NCBI GenBank assembly: GCA_028534125.1
Contig: CM052832.1
Coordinates: 22,508,001-22,572,000, forward strand
Reading direction: 5' to 3'
Source: Lama glama
Lineage: Eukaryota
Length of the DNA: 64,000 nucleotides
Below are positions 38,936 through 51,540 of the stretch, in pieces. Each line of letters starts with the position of its first letter. Position 1 is the stretch's first letter. The position numbers and the translations under genes were made by a program. The notes under the pieces are model-generated. The model saw only the letters and a list, made by a program, of their open reading frames with translations. It had not been told where the DNA came from and searched no databases.

Positions 38936-41900
38936 GCGTTTGGTGTAAAATTTGTATCTTTTTAAATTGCTGGATTCGTTTTGTTAATATTTTGTTAAGG
39001 AATACGGTGTACCTGTATTCATGAGTAAAACTGGCCTGTAATTTTCCTTTCTTATATTTTCCTTTCCTGGTTTTGTATCAAAATTATACTCGCCTCATAA
39101 AACAAGTTGAATAGTGTTTCTTCTTTTTATATTTTCTGAAATACTATATATGTAAGATTGGAATTATCAGTTCCTGAATAGTGAATAGAACTTGCCTGGG
39201 CCTGGTATTTCATTTGTGGGAATATTTTAAATTACTGATTAAATTTCTTTAATGGTTTTAAAACTATTCAGGTGATCTGTTTTTCTTGAGTTCATTTGGC
39301 AAGGTATATTATAATTTTTTTTTCTGACTCTTATTTCAACCTTTTTGGTAGCATAAAGTTGAGAACTGTCTTACTATTTAGAAAAACATTTGCAGCACCT
39401 GTAGTTATACACCCTTTTCATTTCCGGATTGCTTATTCGTATGCTCTTGTTTATTCATCAGTCATGCCAGAAGTTTGTCATTTTAATTGGTCTTTTCTAA
39501 AAGATCAGCTTTTGTCTGTGATCTTCTGTTGTATGTTTTTCCTATTTCATTAATTTCTACTATATTTTCATCACTTTATTCCATGTACTTTACTGGAGTC
39601 AATTCTGTGTTTTAAAACTTCTTAAATTATCTGCTTTCCTTGCTTGTAATATAGACATTGGATACATTAATTTTCCCTCTAAATATCATTTTATTAGTAT
39701 TTTCTGAGTTACTTAGAAGCATATTTTAATTTTCAAAGTATATGGACCTTTTAGCAAGTTTTCTGTTAGTATTGATTTTCGTAATGATTAGTTACTGTAT
39801 TTTCATGAAAGAACATTTTATATTTTTGCAAAAAATATAATGTGATTTAAGAAAATGTACATTTTCCAATTAGGAATAATTCTATATAATTCATAATATT
39901 GAGGCTACTATTTTGGACATTCTTACTCATTTTTCACTGTTTATTAATAAAAAGGATGTTTTAAGATTGCTTATTATGATGACAGATTTATAAATTTACT
40001 ATGATAGTTCTTTCAATTTTCATTTTATATATTTTGAAACTATATTTTGGGTGCATTTAAATTACTATATCTTCTGGTAAATTGAACCTTTTATACTATC
40101 ATGTTCCCATTATCTTTAGAACATTTTTTGTCCTAAAGTATACAGTTTCTGACATTAATAAAAGTCCAATCAGTGTGATATTTTATGTTGTCTAATGTAA
40201 ACTACATTTATCTAGATATTAAAAATTCTAGCCTGCAACACTAACTTTTAACATGGAATTTAGTCCATTTGAATTTGTTCTGATTAGTGATACACTTGGA
40301 TTCATTTCAATCGTGTTATTGTGTATCCTCTGCTTACTCTGTTTTTACTCTGATATTTCTTTTGATTTTAGTGTTTATTCTGCATTTTAATTTGGTGATC
40401 CTAATTTCCCTCTCACCCAATAATGTAGTGATTTTTAGAATATTGGAAATCCCATTACTTTCCTACTGTCTTCTTTGCTATTATTTTCCTGTGGCTTAAA
40501 AAAAAAAAACAAAAACCCACAAAATCGATACTACTGTTTTATATGTTCAATGTCTTTTTTTCCCCAGTTTAACCTATGTTTACTACTTTCTTGTCTCAAA
40601 TTTCTCACCATTTTTTCTTGTCTCTCAGACCTTTCTTTTTGCCCATTTTAATTTCCCTTAAATCCTGTAGGTCCATCTTTAGTGAGCTTCTATTGATAGT
40701 ATGAACTCTGACTCTGTTTGATGCCTTTATTTGGCCCATGTTCCAAAAAATAATAATTATACTGGGTTTAGACTTCTGGCTTGATGTATTTTTCCTTAGC
40801 ACATGTTGATATTATTTTGCTCTTTTCTGACTTCCGTCATTACTGTTGAAAATTCAGCTGTCTAATTTTTATTTTTGTTAATTTGCCTTTAACCTCTGCC
40901 TTCTTTTAAGATCTTCGTTTGTCTTTGATGCTCTGCAGAGTTTTGCAGTCTATCTAGGGACTGGTTTCTGTTGCTTTACTCTGCTTTAGATATATTGGGA
41001 TTCTGAGATTTTGCATTTTTTATGAATTCTGAAACAAACCTTAGTATTTCTTTGACTGCTGCCTCTTCTACGTTCTTCCTTTTCTTTCGTTCTAGTATGT
41101 CAGTTGCCGGATGTTGGATTATCTTTCTGTCACCTGTTCCTGTTAATCCTGTCATTGGTACTTTCTCTCCCTGTCCTTTGGGGCCTCCTTCTGTGCGGCT
41201 CCTCCAGGTTTGTCTCCCAGGGCATTGGTTTTGTCTTCAGCTCTGTCTTTCCAGCTGTTTAGCTGGTTGATTAAAATTTTAATTTCACTTACTGTATATT
41301 GTATTTCTGCAAGATCTATATCGTTATTTTCAAATATACCTCATTTTGATAGTCTCTCCTTTTGAAATCATCTCAATACCTTCTTATTCAAACATGTTAG
41401 AGTTAATTTACATTCTATTCTGTATCTAATCATTCGGATGTCAGGAGTTATTGTGGGTCTGATTTGTTGTTTGTTACTTCTCCAGGTTCCAGTTCATGGC
41501 TGATATGATATGAGGTTAATTTCCTTTATAATTGTGGGAATTTAACTTTTGATCGTGGATGTTCTAGTAGGCCTGGGTTTAAAATGGGTCCTCTGATTGG
41601 AGATTTACTTTTGTTTATGCCAGGTTCCTAAAATCACTACGAACTAAGCACCGTTTGAAAACAGTTCTTTGCTGGGATTTTTTAAAGAATCATATAAACA
41701 GGATGCATTCTAGCCCAAATGCTACATGAATGCTGGTTTGTGATTATGAGGTTTAATGCGGCCTTTCTCCCCTCTATCTCAAGTAAAGAAACAGATAGGC
41801 AAGTTTTGGCATCATCTTCCACTGTGAATTTTTTTTCCTCCTAGTTTACCCTTTGCTATCTGTTCCCAGAGGTTCTAATCTTGCTTCTTTTCCAGATCCA

Positions 41901-44139
41901 ACTGTAGGCGTGGTCTCCTGCCCTCCATGAAAGAATGGAGCTATATGGCAGCATGGTTTGGCAGACTGTCCTAAGACCATAGCTAATTTCAGTGTTTGGT
42001 TAACTCTGGATTCAAGATTTCTAGATGTTTTCAGCCTTTGGGGCTGGCCATCAATTTTTGGGGGGAAGCTTGGCTATATATTTAAGTATTTAAAATGCAC
42101 ATTTTGCTTTTGCACCTGAAATAGTTTTCATGGTATTTAGTTCTACCACACTCACACAAAGATTTTGCTTAAAGAAATAGTCACAAAGTGAAAAGCCAAT
42201 ATTAAGACTTAAATTTATGTTACATGGTTCAGAGAAGTTCACTAGCTCTTAGCTACTGGTTTATACAATCGTGCTTATGACGGTAAATACATTTTATAAA
42301 TATGCTGAAGACTCTGCTTTCTAAACTTATTACTCATTGTTTGCATTTAGGAGTATAAGAAGCTATGACAAATTTATTTTCAATTATTATAGAGAAGACC
42401 CTTGAAAATTTCAAATGTAGCTAAAAAAATATTAAGCCTTTCTCAATTTGCTGGCCACAAGGAGAACAATGCACATAACATTCTTACCTGGCAAGGGGAA
42501 AAACAAGTCCATATTCTCATTTTGAGAATCAAATTTTTATCTTGAGTGCCTTTTTTAAATCTTATTTCACTTATAATGGCCTAGCTTTTGTATATTTAAT
42601 GTGTAGAACAAAGGGAAGGGATAAGAATGACTTTACCTGGAAAACTGAAATGTCTTTTTTTTTTTTTAAATTGACATTATTTCCTCTGAAGACTGAATAT
42701 CACTGCACTAGTTTGTAAATATTTTTTCAAATGTTTGTGTTTATTTCTCCATTGGCGGAAAAGAAAGTCAGGGAGATTACTTATAAAGAGAAAGTACTTT
42801 GGCAGTAAAGGAAAAGAAATAAGCTTTCGTCCTAGGGAAATGGCGTATATATCTGATTTCCTTTCAAGCAATTTCAGATTACTGGATATATTTATAATGG
42901 GTGGCGATTTTTAATCATTGAAGATAATAACCTCATGTTTTTTTATTAGTTCCTTGGCATTAATAGGCCATTCAAATAATGCTTTAGCTAATAGTTTTGT
43001 TGTTTTTAGTGAGAAGGAAACAACATTTTGCTATTATTCAAGAAAAGCATATTGCCTTCTAATGATCTGCTATCAATGAGTTTCTTGTCATCTCTTATTC
43101 TGCATAGTGTCTGCTGCTGAGAATTCAAAAGATTAATTATTATTTTTATAGAATTGATCATAAAATTCTAGTTTGGCTATATAGCAGTCATTTGATGCTT
43201 TGTTCTTTATTGTCTTTCAGAATGACCATTTTTTTTTAGCATGTGATAGTTTAATAGAAACCATACCATTTGGTCTAGAAGACAAAATGTTTATATTATT
43301 TGAAAAGGTAAAATGCAGAGTTATAGTGAATTATTTTATAGCTTGAATTTAGTGGCTAATTTTTTTGCCTCGTTATTATATGGTTAGCTCTGGCAGTGTC
43401 TGCCTTGGAGTGGGTAGGCTGGGGTCAGTTTGGGCAGGATTCAACAGACCCGTTGCTTTCAGTCTGGGTTGGAAGGAACCTCGTCAGTGTATGGCTGAAT
43501 AAAGTATAACTTGGATTCTGGATTCACTTCGCTTGGTAATGGTGCATATTATCCCAGTAAAATTTCTATAATCTGTAAGACTGATAAAATACACAGGCTT
43601 TTATCTCAATTTTTGTTTGTTCTGTTGTGAACTGTCCCATTTTTTAACAGCACACAATATTTTTCTTCAAAGAAAGAGGTACATCAAAATTATTGTGGCT
43701 TTTTAAAAAGTAACATTTGATCAGTTTGGTTCCTCAGTTCTTTCATATTTGAAAAAAAGCACAAATGTTTGGATATAGTGAGTTTATGCAGAACAAAGTT
43801 ATTATAAACTAGAACCTAGTGGAACGCATTTAATAAACCCTCAGAAATAAAGTCCGACGTGTTGTGGAAAAGGGAAAAGTGAGCTCAACTGAAATATAGC
43901 TCTTGTAAACAGAAATAGGGTTCAGACTGACAAATTCGTGGTCGTATTTCTTTATTAGATTGGCTGGGAGGGGAAGGGAGAAAGTGGGAGGAGTACTATG
44001 TGTATTTCATACCATAAATATGAAATACTAACTCTAATGTTAATAACCTCTAGAAAGTCTCAAACGGAAGAGATTGGTCCTTTGGCACTTAATTTTTTCC
44101 ATATTTTTTCTTCCTCCTTATTTCGTTGGATTTTAAACA

Positions 44140-44275
44140 TTGACTAGGTTTCAGAGTCACCAGGGTGAATTTTAAAAAATAAATATGATACTCCAGTGCT
44201 GCTGAATCAGAATTTTTAAGATATGTGCATTTAAAAAATCTCCCCCAGATAAATATGATAAGTGTGAACCACCAG
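44140..44275. mobile_element. MER5-like fragment
   Basis: tcagagtcaccagggtgaattttaaaa...ctgaatcagaatt...tgcatttaaaaaatctccccag. Confidence 0.5.
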
Positions 44276-45379
44276 CCCATTTTCTATTAATACCACCTAA
44301 AATCTCTTACTTGTGTTTGCAAATGAATTCATGTCAGAAGGCAATCAATTCATATTTCACCTCCCAGCTAACTATTGATCTAATCTACATATTGTAGGAT
44401 CTTGCCAGAGAGATGAAATACACAATGGTAAGTTATCTCCAAAATAAGGAATGAATTGAATTTCTGATTAATTCTAAGGGTAAATAGACCTAGGTAAGGA
44501 ATATCAAAGTCTTGATTTTGAAAACCTGCAGAACAAATGCTTTATGAAGGATTAAGAGGTATCTGTTGATGATATCAAGTTGATGCCTTTACATAAAAAT
44601 GTACTGTTTTTGTCAGTTTTCTACATAGAAAACAGAAGAGTTGTTTAGGAAACACATTTGGAATCTTCATACAGAGCTCTGTCCAGCAGCAGCCTTGTGG
44701 AGAAAATGCCCATTTGGGGTATAGCTCTGTGTATATGGACCTCAATCATTTGAAAAATATTAACTCATATTCAAATAATTTTGTTTTATTTTTAAAGATG
44801 TATTCAGCTGGAACTTGTCAGCAGTTCCAGGGAAAGAAGTCAGTGACTAATTAGTGCTGGAGGTGGTGAGTGATACTGTGTGTGCGTGTGTCTGTGTGCA
44901 GGAGGAGACAGAAAGGAAGAGAAGGCTTTTTCTTTATTTAAGCCCTATATTCCCACACTGCTTTTTTTCAGATTTATTTTTCATTGTGATTGACTTTTTC
45001 AGCCGCATTAATAAGATCTGATTTTTTTTTTTTTACAGAATCTGGTGTTTATTTATTTGATTTATAGATAATGCAGGACTGCTTTGTTCTTCCCCCATCT
45101 TAGATATAAGTCTCCTGGATCTTAGATATAATTTAGTCTCTTTTCTTGGGACTTTTGTCCAGGTTTTTTTTTAAAGTGTAATAGCTCCCTTAGAACTAAT
45201 ACAAGTTATTACTTACATGAATTATAAATTGAAGGGCTCCCTACTAGTGCACAGTGACAAGATAGAGGAAGTTTTGATGACCTTTAGAATGGGTCAGTGA
45301 TTATGGGTTATAAGAGGTTCAAAAAGTCCAATGAGAGCTTCTCCCTCAGATTATTCCACTTACAAAGGAAAGGGATGAC

Positions 45380-46130
45380 ACCCAGAACTGCAAAAACCAA
45401 AAAACAAACCTAAGTGTTGTTGGGAATGCGAAAAAACAAGAACTCCTCTGCATTGCTGGGTGGATGGAAACTTTGGAAAAATTTTGACGATGTCTAGTAA
45501 AACTAAATATACATATACCAAATGATCCAGTAATTCCACTCTTACGTGTGTATCCCCCATAAACTTCTGCTTATGTTTTTTAGAATATGGCTAAGACCTT
45601 TCAAAGCTGTGCTGTAGAGGGATAGACAAGTATATTCCAAATGCCTGTTGACATTCAAATGAATAAGTCCATTGTGATACATTTGTGTGTTGAAATAGTA
45701 TGCAGCGATACAAAATGAACAAATTACACACACGCACAAAAGAATGTGGATCATCTTAAAGATACAATATTGAGGGAAAAAGCCAGACGTGATGAAATAT
45801 ATTCTGTGTGAGTTGAATTTCATCAATTAAAAACCAGGCATAACTCAACCGTATTTTAGGTATGCATAATTATATGATAAAGCCTTAACGCTAAGCAAAG
45901 AGCTAGAGTGCATTTCGGGGATATTGGTTACAGCTGTAGGGAGGGAGGTATTTTTGTTTTGTTTTGTTTTGTTTTTTCAATTAAAGAAGGGGTAAGTCTG
46001 GGACTGTTATTTCTTGCCCAGAGTGCGGGTTATGTTGTTATTCACTTCGAGAGTTCATTAAGGTGTACATTTGTTTTATGCATTTTTCTCTGTGTATTAT
46101 ATTTGATAACTTAAAGTACTTGAACTATTT
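45380..46130 (+). mobile_element. Old L1 (L1ME/MC-like) 3' region
   Basis: aagtgttgttgggaatgcg...actttggaaaa...atgatccagtaattccactc...aatattgagggaaaaagccagac. Confidence 0.8.
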
Positions 46131-47084
46131 TTAAGAGGAAATTAAGGCCTAACCACAGGTGTTCCTGTAAAGAAAGTTTCAGGGTCTGACTTAAATTTAC
46201 AAAAGCAAGGACAGCCTCTGCTAATTGCATTTTGCTCTTGACTCACCCTGCTGTGCCTTGTTATTACGGTGCACACAGCAAGCTCCGGCGTGCTGAGAGA
46301 CCCCTGTGAGAGTCTGAGGGTTGAAGTAAGGTTGGAGAGGGGAACCCTAAGTCTGAATCTCATTATCTGGGCAAGAGTAAGTCAGATGCTTCATGTTGCT
46401 GTGATACAGTTGTGTGTGAGTGTGTGTGTGCACGCATGCAGCGTGTGTTAATATGTTAATTCTATTCTTGTGTCGTGAAGGCAGTGCTGGAATTCAGCAC
46501 CAGCCAAATACCTAGTATGCCCTTCAACCCCTGACCGTAATGAATGTAAAATGCTGGTAGTAATAGATTGAAATGAAAAACCCCTCCATCTTGGCACGCA
46601 AGAGATTTGCAGTCATACTTGGATTCTCAAAGCCCTGCTTGATTGGAGATGAACGTGTGGGTGGATTGACCTTTCTTGTAAGAGCCGTTGTTTCTGCACT
46701 AAACATGTGAAAAACAGATTTTGAGTAGCTGCCCTACTGCACTTCTCTCGTGGTTTGTATTATCGCCCTTTTAGACTTCTCGGCAATAATGGCACTTATT
46801 AAACTCACCGGGGCTCTTTTTCCCCCTTCCCCCTCCTCCAAGCACTCTTACTTTTCTTCCATGGGTATGGAACCTTCTACCAAGGGAAGGTTAATTTCTT
46901 TACTTTTCTTGTACTGTCAACATATGATTTCTTCATTGACTGGTGTTCGAATCCCAAGAATGTCCATTTTAAAATAAAGGAAGCTTTTGGGGTACTTTGT
47001 ATGGAGGTTATTCACAAATTCCTAGAAGGAGAAACCCCATATTTTTCTCAGTTTTGAAATTTATTACTTATGTATTTTCTAAAT

Positions 47085-47254
47085 ATAAATAGCACAGGGA
47101 AATATACACAAAATGTTATGATAAATCACAGAGAAAAAAATGTGACAATGAGTGTGTATATGTCCATGTATGACTGAAAAATTGTACTGAACACTGGAAT
47201 TTGACACAACACTGTAAAATGATTATGAATCAATAAAAATGTAAAAAAAAAAAA
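47085..47254 (+). mobile_element. Short lineage-specific L1 3' tail with polyA (camelid-type)
   Basis: atagcacagggaaatatacacaaaatgttatg...tgactgaaaaattgtactgaacactggaatttgacacaacactgtaaaatg...aataaaaatgt followed by A12. Confidence 0.75.
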
Positions 47255-50200
47255 CTTCCCCCCTCCTTTTTTTTTTTTTTTTTGAAATAAATGTTTCCTG
47301 TGTGGTGCCCTTCACACAGATAAGATGATTTTTCTTGTCAGAGCTATCAGATGCAACAGAATAGATTCAGGTTTTGGTCAAATTCTTAAAATTTCTTTAA
47401 ATGATTAAGTAAGATCAATGTGACCTACACTTATAAGAAAAAATTATCCGAAACTGCTTTCCATACTCTGCTGTACTCCCAGTGTGGTTCACTTTATTTC
47501 AAGTGCTGTTTTAAGTTGGGGCCCAGATGGAGTGAGGAGAGAGCAGATAATAGTCCCCCAAGTCAAGGGCAAGCAGTTACACTGCTCTTTGTATTTTGAG
47601 GTTCCTCTATATTTTATGTAGGTTAGGATGCCAGTAATTTTATTTTCCATCACTTACGCGATGTTTGATCATATAAACAACCTTTGCATCTGTAGCTGAT
47701 TTGAACTTATTTTAAATATTTGAAAGATATTTAGAGACTGTTAAAGTTCCTATGCCAACCCAAAAATCAAATAGACGTAAGAAACCTTCTACCAAATCTA
47801 ATTAGCTGATAAACACTGATATGTCCCGTAGAGTAAGTTGAGACATTTTGATGTTCTGTGGTATCTTTTCCTGTATCATAGGAATACCTGTTTTTTTTTT
47901 TTTTTTGAAGAACGGGATGGGGTGGAAGGGATGTAAAAAGGCACTGACATGTTTACATTTTAATTCTGGGGTTCAAGATTCTTAAGTAGCATCTGTGAAG
48001 GAAGACTTTCTGCTTCAATGTTTCATCTCTGTTACTCACATTATTTTAAGAGCACACAAAGTCTGTTATTCCAATTGCTATATACCGAATTTGTTCTAGA
48101 AGAAGCTTTATCTTTGAAAATCAATTTGTTTTCCCTATTGCTGACTCATACAGGCAATGTCATCTTAGTTGGTTTCTCTTCCTTTTCATAAGCTGCTTGG
48201 GAAGAGATTTTGTCAATCACCCTGTGTTTTAAAATGGCCACCTGCTCCTGAAGAATCGTACAGATAAGAGCACAGACTAACTTTAAATTGTTTGATGAGC
48301 AGACTGATGGTACATTTGTGCTGTTGAAAAAAACCACCCCAGAGGGGGTTTGTGGAGCTCTTATTCAGAGAATAGATAGAAGAACTCACATTCTTTAGTG
48401 TCACTGGGGAGTCAAGAGTAAAATATCTTCCCACCGGGTAGTGGCTGCTGAGAGCAATCCACGCTTCCTTGCCATCTGGTAGAGTACGACCACGAAGTTA
48501 CCAACTTCCCATGGTCCTGCTGCTGCTCTCAAAAACCTGCTTCCTTGGATGGTGGCCTTTGTTATCCGTAAACATGTCTTCCTGTGGGGAGGAGGCAGGT
48601 GACCTGCCACTAGCATCAGTCTGGAGTTTGTCCTAGCTTCGTCTAGATGTTCCAAGTCAGAAGCTAAGTGCTGATGGATGCACTTGAAACTTTCTCAGCG
48701 GAAACACGTAGGATGACATATGGACTGCAGAAGAGGGAGGCAAGAGCCGGGAGGATTCACGGGCATTTCAATGTCAGTTGAACCACATTTGAAACCTGTC
48801 TGGAAACAGAAGTCCTAGACTGAGTTAAAAACACAGTGGGAGACGCAGAGTCACATATTGGGTAGGGAGAGTGGTGAGTTACAGGGATGTAGATAGTACA
48901 AGGAGATGAGGAGAAGACATAGAAGAGCATCTTCCAAACCTGCTAACAGAAACTTTGTTGATTCTGAGCTTAAAGATACTTGAAATGATGCTTCTCACAC
49001 CATGATTCAGTCTAATTTCTCTGGACAGTGCGTATCCACTGGTGTGGGTGACAGGGCATGCTTGTTACACAGGAGCGTGCAGCCAGCTTGCAGTGCTGGC
49101 AGGATGCAGATGAGTCCTTGTCATACATTGAGTGGTCCTGTTGGGCATATCCCTGTCTATCCCTGAGTGTATCTACACATAGTTGGATAGCAACACACAC
49201 ACACACATCTACAGATGTGCACACACTCAGAAACCACTTGGTGACACACAGGGGTTTCCAATATACCAAAGAAAAGTGGGCAGAACGTGCTTGCTCTTTG
49301 TCATCTTTGTCAGTGGCAGGGCGCCTGGGGATGGTGTTTGGGTGGTCTTTCTTAGGTGAGAAACTCAGCTTGTCTGACAACCCACCTCAGCCTGTGCAGC
49401 TATGAAGTAATTGTCTTGTAACCAACCGTTGGACTCTGTCTAGGTCTGTGGAAGGCTAGCCTATTTCCTCTCCAGGATTTCAAAGCTCAGACAAGTTTCT
49501 CTTTGCTTTCCATGATGCACAGAGGGATTAAAAAGTTGTGGGAGTTTGCCGGCACCTTCACGTGGAAGGACGTGCAGCAGGTCCTTGGGAAGATGCTCAC
49601 CCTCGCTGTGCTCTCTGGCAGGTGCGAGGGCTCTGACTGTAGGAGAGCATTTTGGTGATGAAGGAGGGATTTTCGCAATGAGTGTGCCAATGACTGGATG
49701 GGAGGGTGTGTGTCCTGGTCCCTAGTCCCCCTGATGGCAATTCCAGAACTGCTTCCTTCCTCTAATTCTGTGGCTGAAAACTGAGATTCAGAAATAAGTG
49801 GGAGGAGACAAACCACTCACCTGTTTTACTGCTAGATCTTTAAAACAGCCCTGGGTGAGCCAAGTCTTGCAGTGAAAGATTTTTGTTTGAGGGGCCTGCT
49901 ACTCTCTTTTATTTGTGTTTTGTTTTTCAAAATGCCTTTGACTGTGGTGCCATCCCAGGTCTTTAGATGCCTAATCAACCTGTGTAAGCCGGGAGTCCCT
50001 CCTCAAAGTGGTCCAAAACATCAGATAACAGAGCCGTAGCTATTTTTAGGATACAAAGATAGCTGAATTTCTTTCTTTTTTTTTTTTTTTAATAATGACA
50101 TTAGAATTTTTTCTGCCCCTTCAGAATCTAAAATCCTCTTAAGTTCGGAATTTTTTGTTAAGTTAATTCACAATTCTGTTCCCACACTTAGAAAATTGTG

Positions 50201-51431
50201 TAGCACATTCAGGTACTCAGAATTTTGTTGAATTACTAACTGGATTTTTATTTTATTATTATCATTTTGATAGGTGAATTTCTTGATGAAATCCAGAAGC
50301 ACCTGCATTATAAAAATAGAGATCAAGTTGCTGAGAAACCCAGAGGAACAGACCTTTAATGACAGATTGTTGAGTATTTTTATATCTGGGCAAGGGAGGT
50401 ATTTCGGGGCCAGGGAAGTTTCTTGAATTATGCCATCTTGACGCCCTGTCTACTTTGTAAGGTTAGTCCTAGACACAGATGTGATGGATCCAAATGAGTG
50501 GCTTGTTAGCCAGTGAAGTGAGGGTATAACAAGTGTCTGTGATTTTTCCCACAGTCAGATGACAGGTACTCTGAATTATTTAAAACTGCTTTGCATTTTA
50601 TCAGCACCCTCTAAAATGCTTTCTAGGGATTATTTTAAATGATTAATTACAGGCAGGCATTAATGAGACTTGAAAACAGCTTGGGCTTCATTGACGCAGG
50701 TAGTTCCAGCTCAGGAGATCCTGGATGGAAACAGTCATCTCCCTTGTTGTCGTCATCCCCCCCCCCCCATCAGTAATAACAGATTGCGTTTAAATGGTAC
50801 CTCTTTCCAGAGAGGTCAGCGTCTCGCAGATAATTGGATTGCTCTCACGACATCTGGTTGATGGCAGAGGGCAGTTGTGGTTTTAGAAATCTTGATGATT
50901 ATCAAGTTCTGGCTGTCTAGTCATGCTGAGGCCTCAGCCTTCTCTCCTGTCTTTTCTCTGCCCCTCGGGTTGTGTAGCCACAGCTCAGTAGGTGGAAAGA
51001 ACCACGTAATCTTGAGTTTGTGCAGAGCAGGGCTATCCTCCATCGCATGCCACTCACCCTCATCTTGGGGAAACATTACACTTGATCTCAGCTCATTCTC
51101 TGTCATCTTTTTTCCTTAGTCACTTGTCCCTTTCTCTTTCTTTCTATCTCCTTTCCTAGCATCCCCTGCCTCCTCCGTCTCCATTCTCTGCTCTTTTCCT
51201 GTTTTCATTGGCCTGTTCAGTTCTCTGTGGTTCCTTACGGTCTTACCTTGGAAGTTTATGCAGGATAAAATATGAACCTAGAGATGCGTATAAGAAGTAG
51301 CTTTAACTTTCAGAAGTGGGGAAGGGTGTTCTCTGTTTTTAGTATACATGGTTTTAAAATGGATACTTCTCTACCTTTGGTGACTATTAGCATGTTTTTA
51401 GGCAGTTAGTTAGATGAAAGTGACTAATTTC

Positions 51432-51540
51432 TTATTACCCTGTAATAACCTATAATGGAAAAGAATCTGAAAAATAATATAGTTGAATCACTTTGCTGTA
51501 CCTGAAACATTGTAAATCAACTATACTTCAATTAAAAAAA
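51432..51540 (+). mobile_element. Short artiodactyl-type L1 3' tail
   Basis: tgtaataacctataatggaaaagaatctgaaaaa...gaatcactttgctgtacctgaaacattgtaaatcaactatacttcaattaaaaaaa. Confidence 0.8.

Larger units (their letters stand above)
35985..41500 (-). mobile_element. Long, old antisense L1 (L1ME/MD-like), decayed, with a nested younger L1
   Basis: T-rich antisense L1 from the 3' UTR (ggtggacactggggctgcttcc at about 36022) through ORF2 (ttgctggattcgttttgttaatattttg at about 38967) towards ORF1/5' sequence at about 40700-41500. Confidence 0.8.

Noticed and set aside
47243..47283. A12...T-run apparent hairpin or terminator
   Set aside because: An L1 polyA tail adjacent to a poly-T tract; homopolymer complementarity is uninformative in mammalian DNA
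48290..48660. Possible old MaLR/ERVL LTR
   Set aside because: Resemblance too weak to assign without a repeat database search
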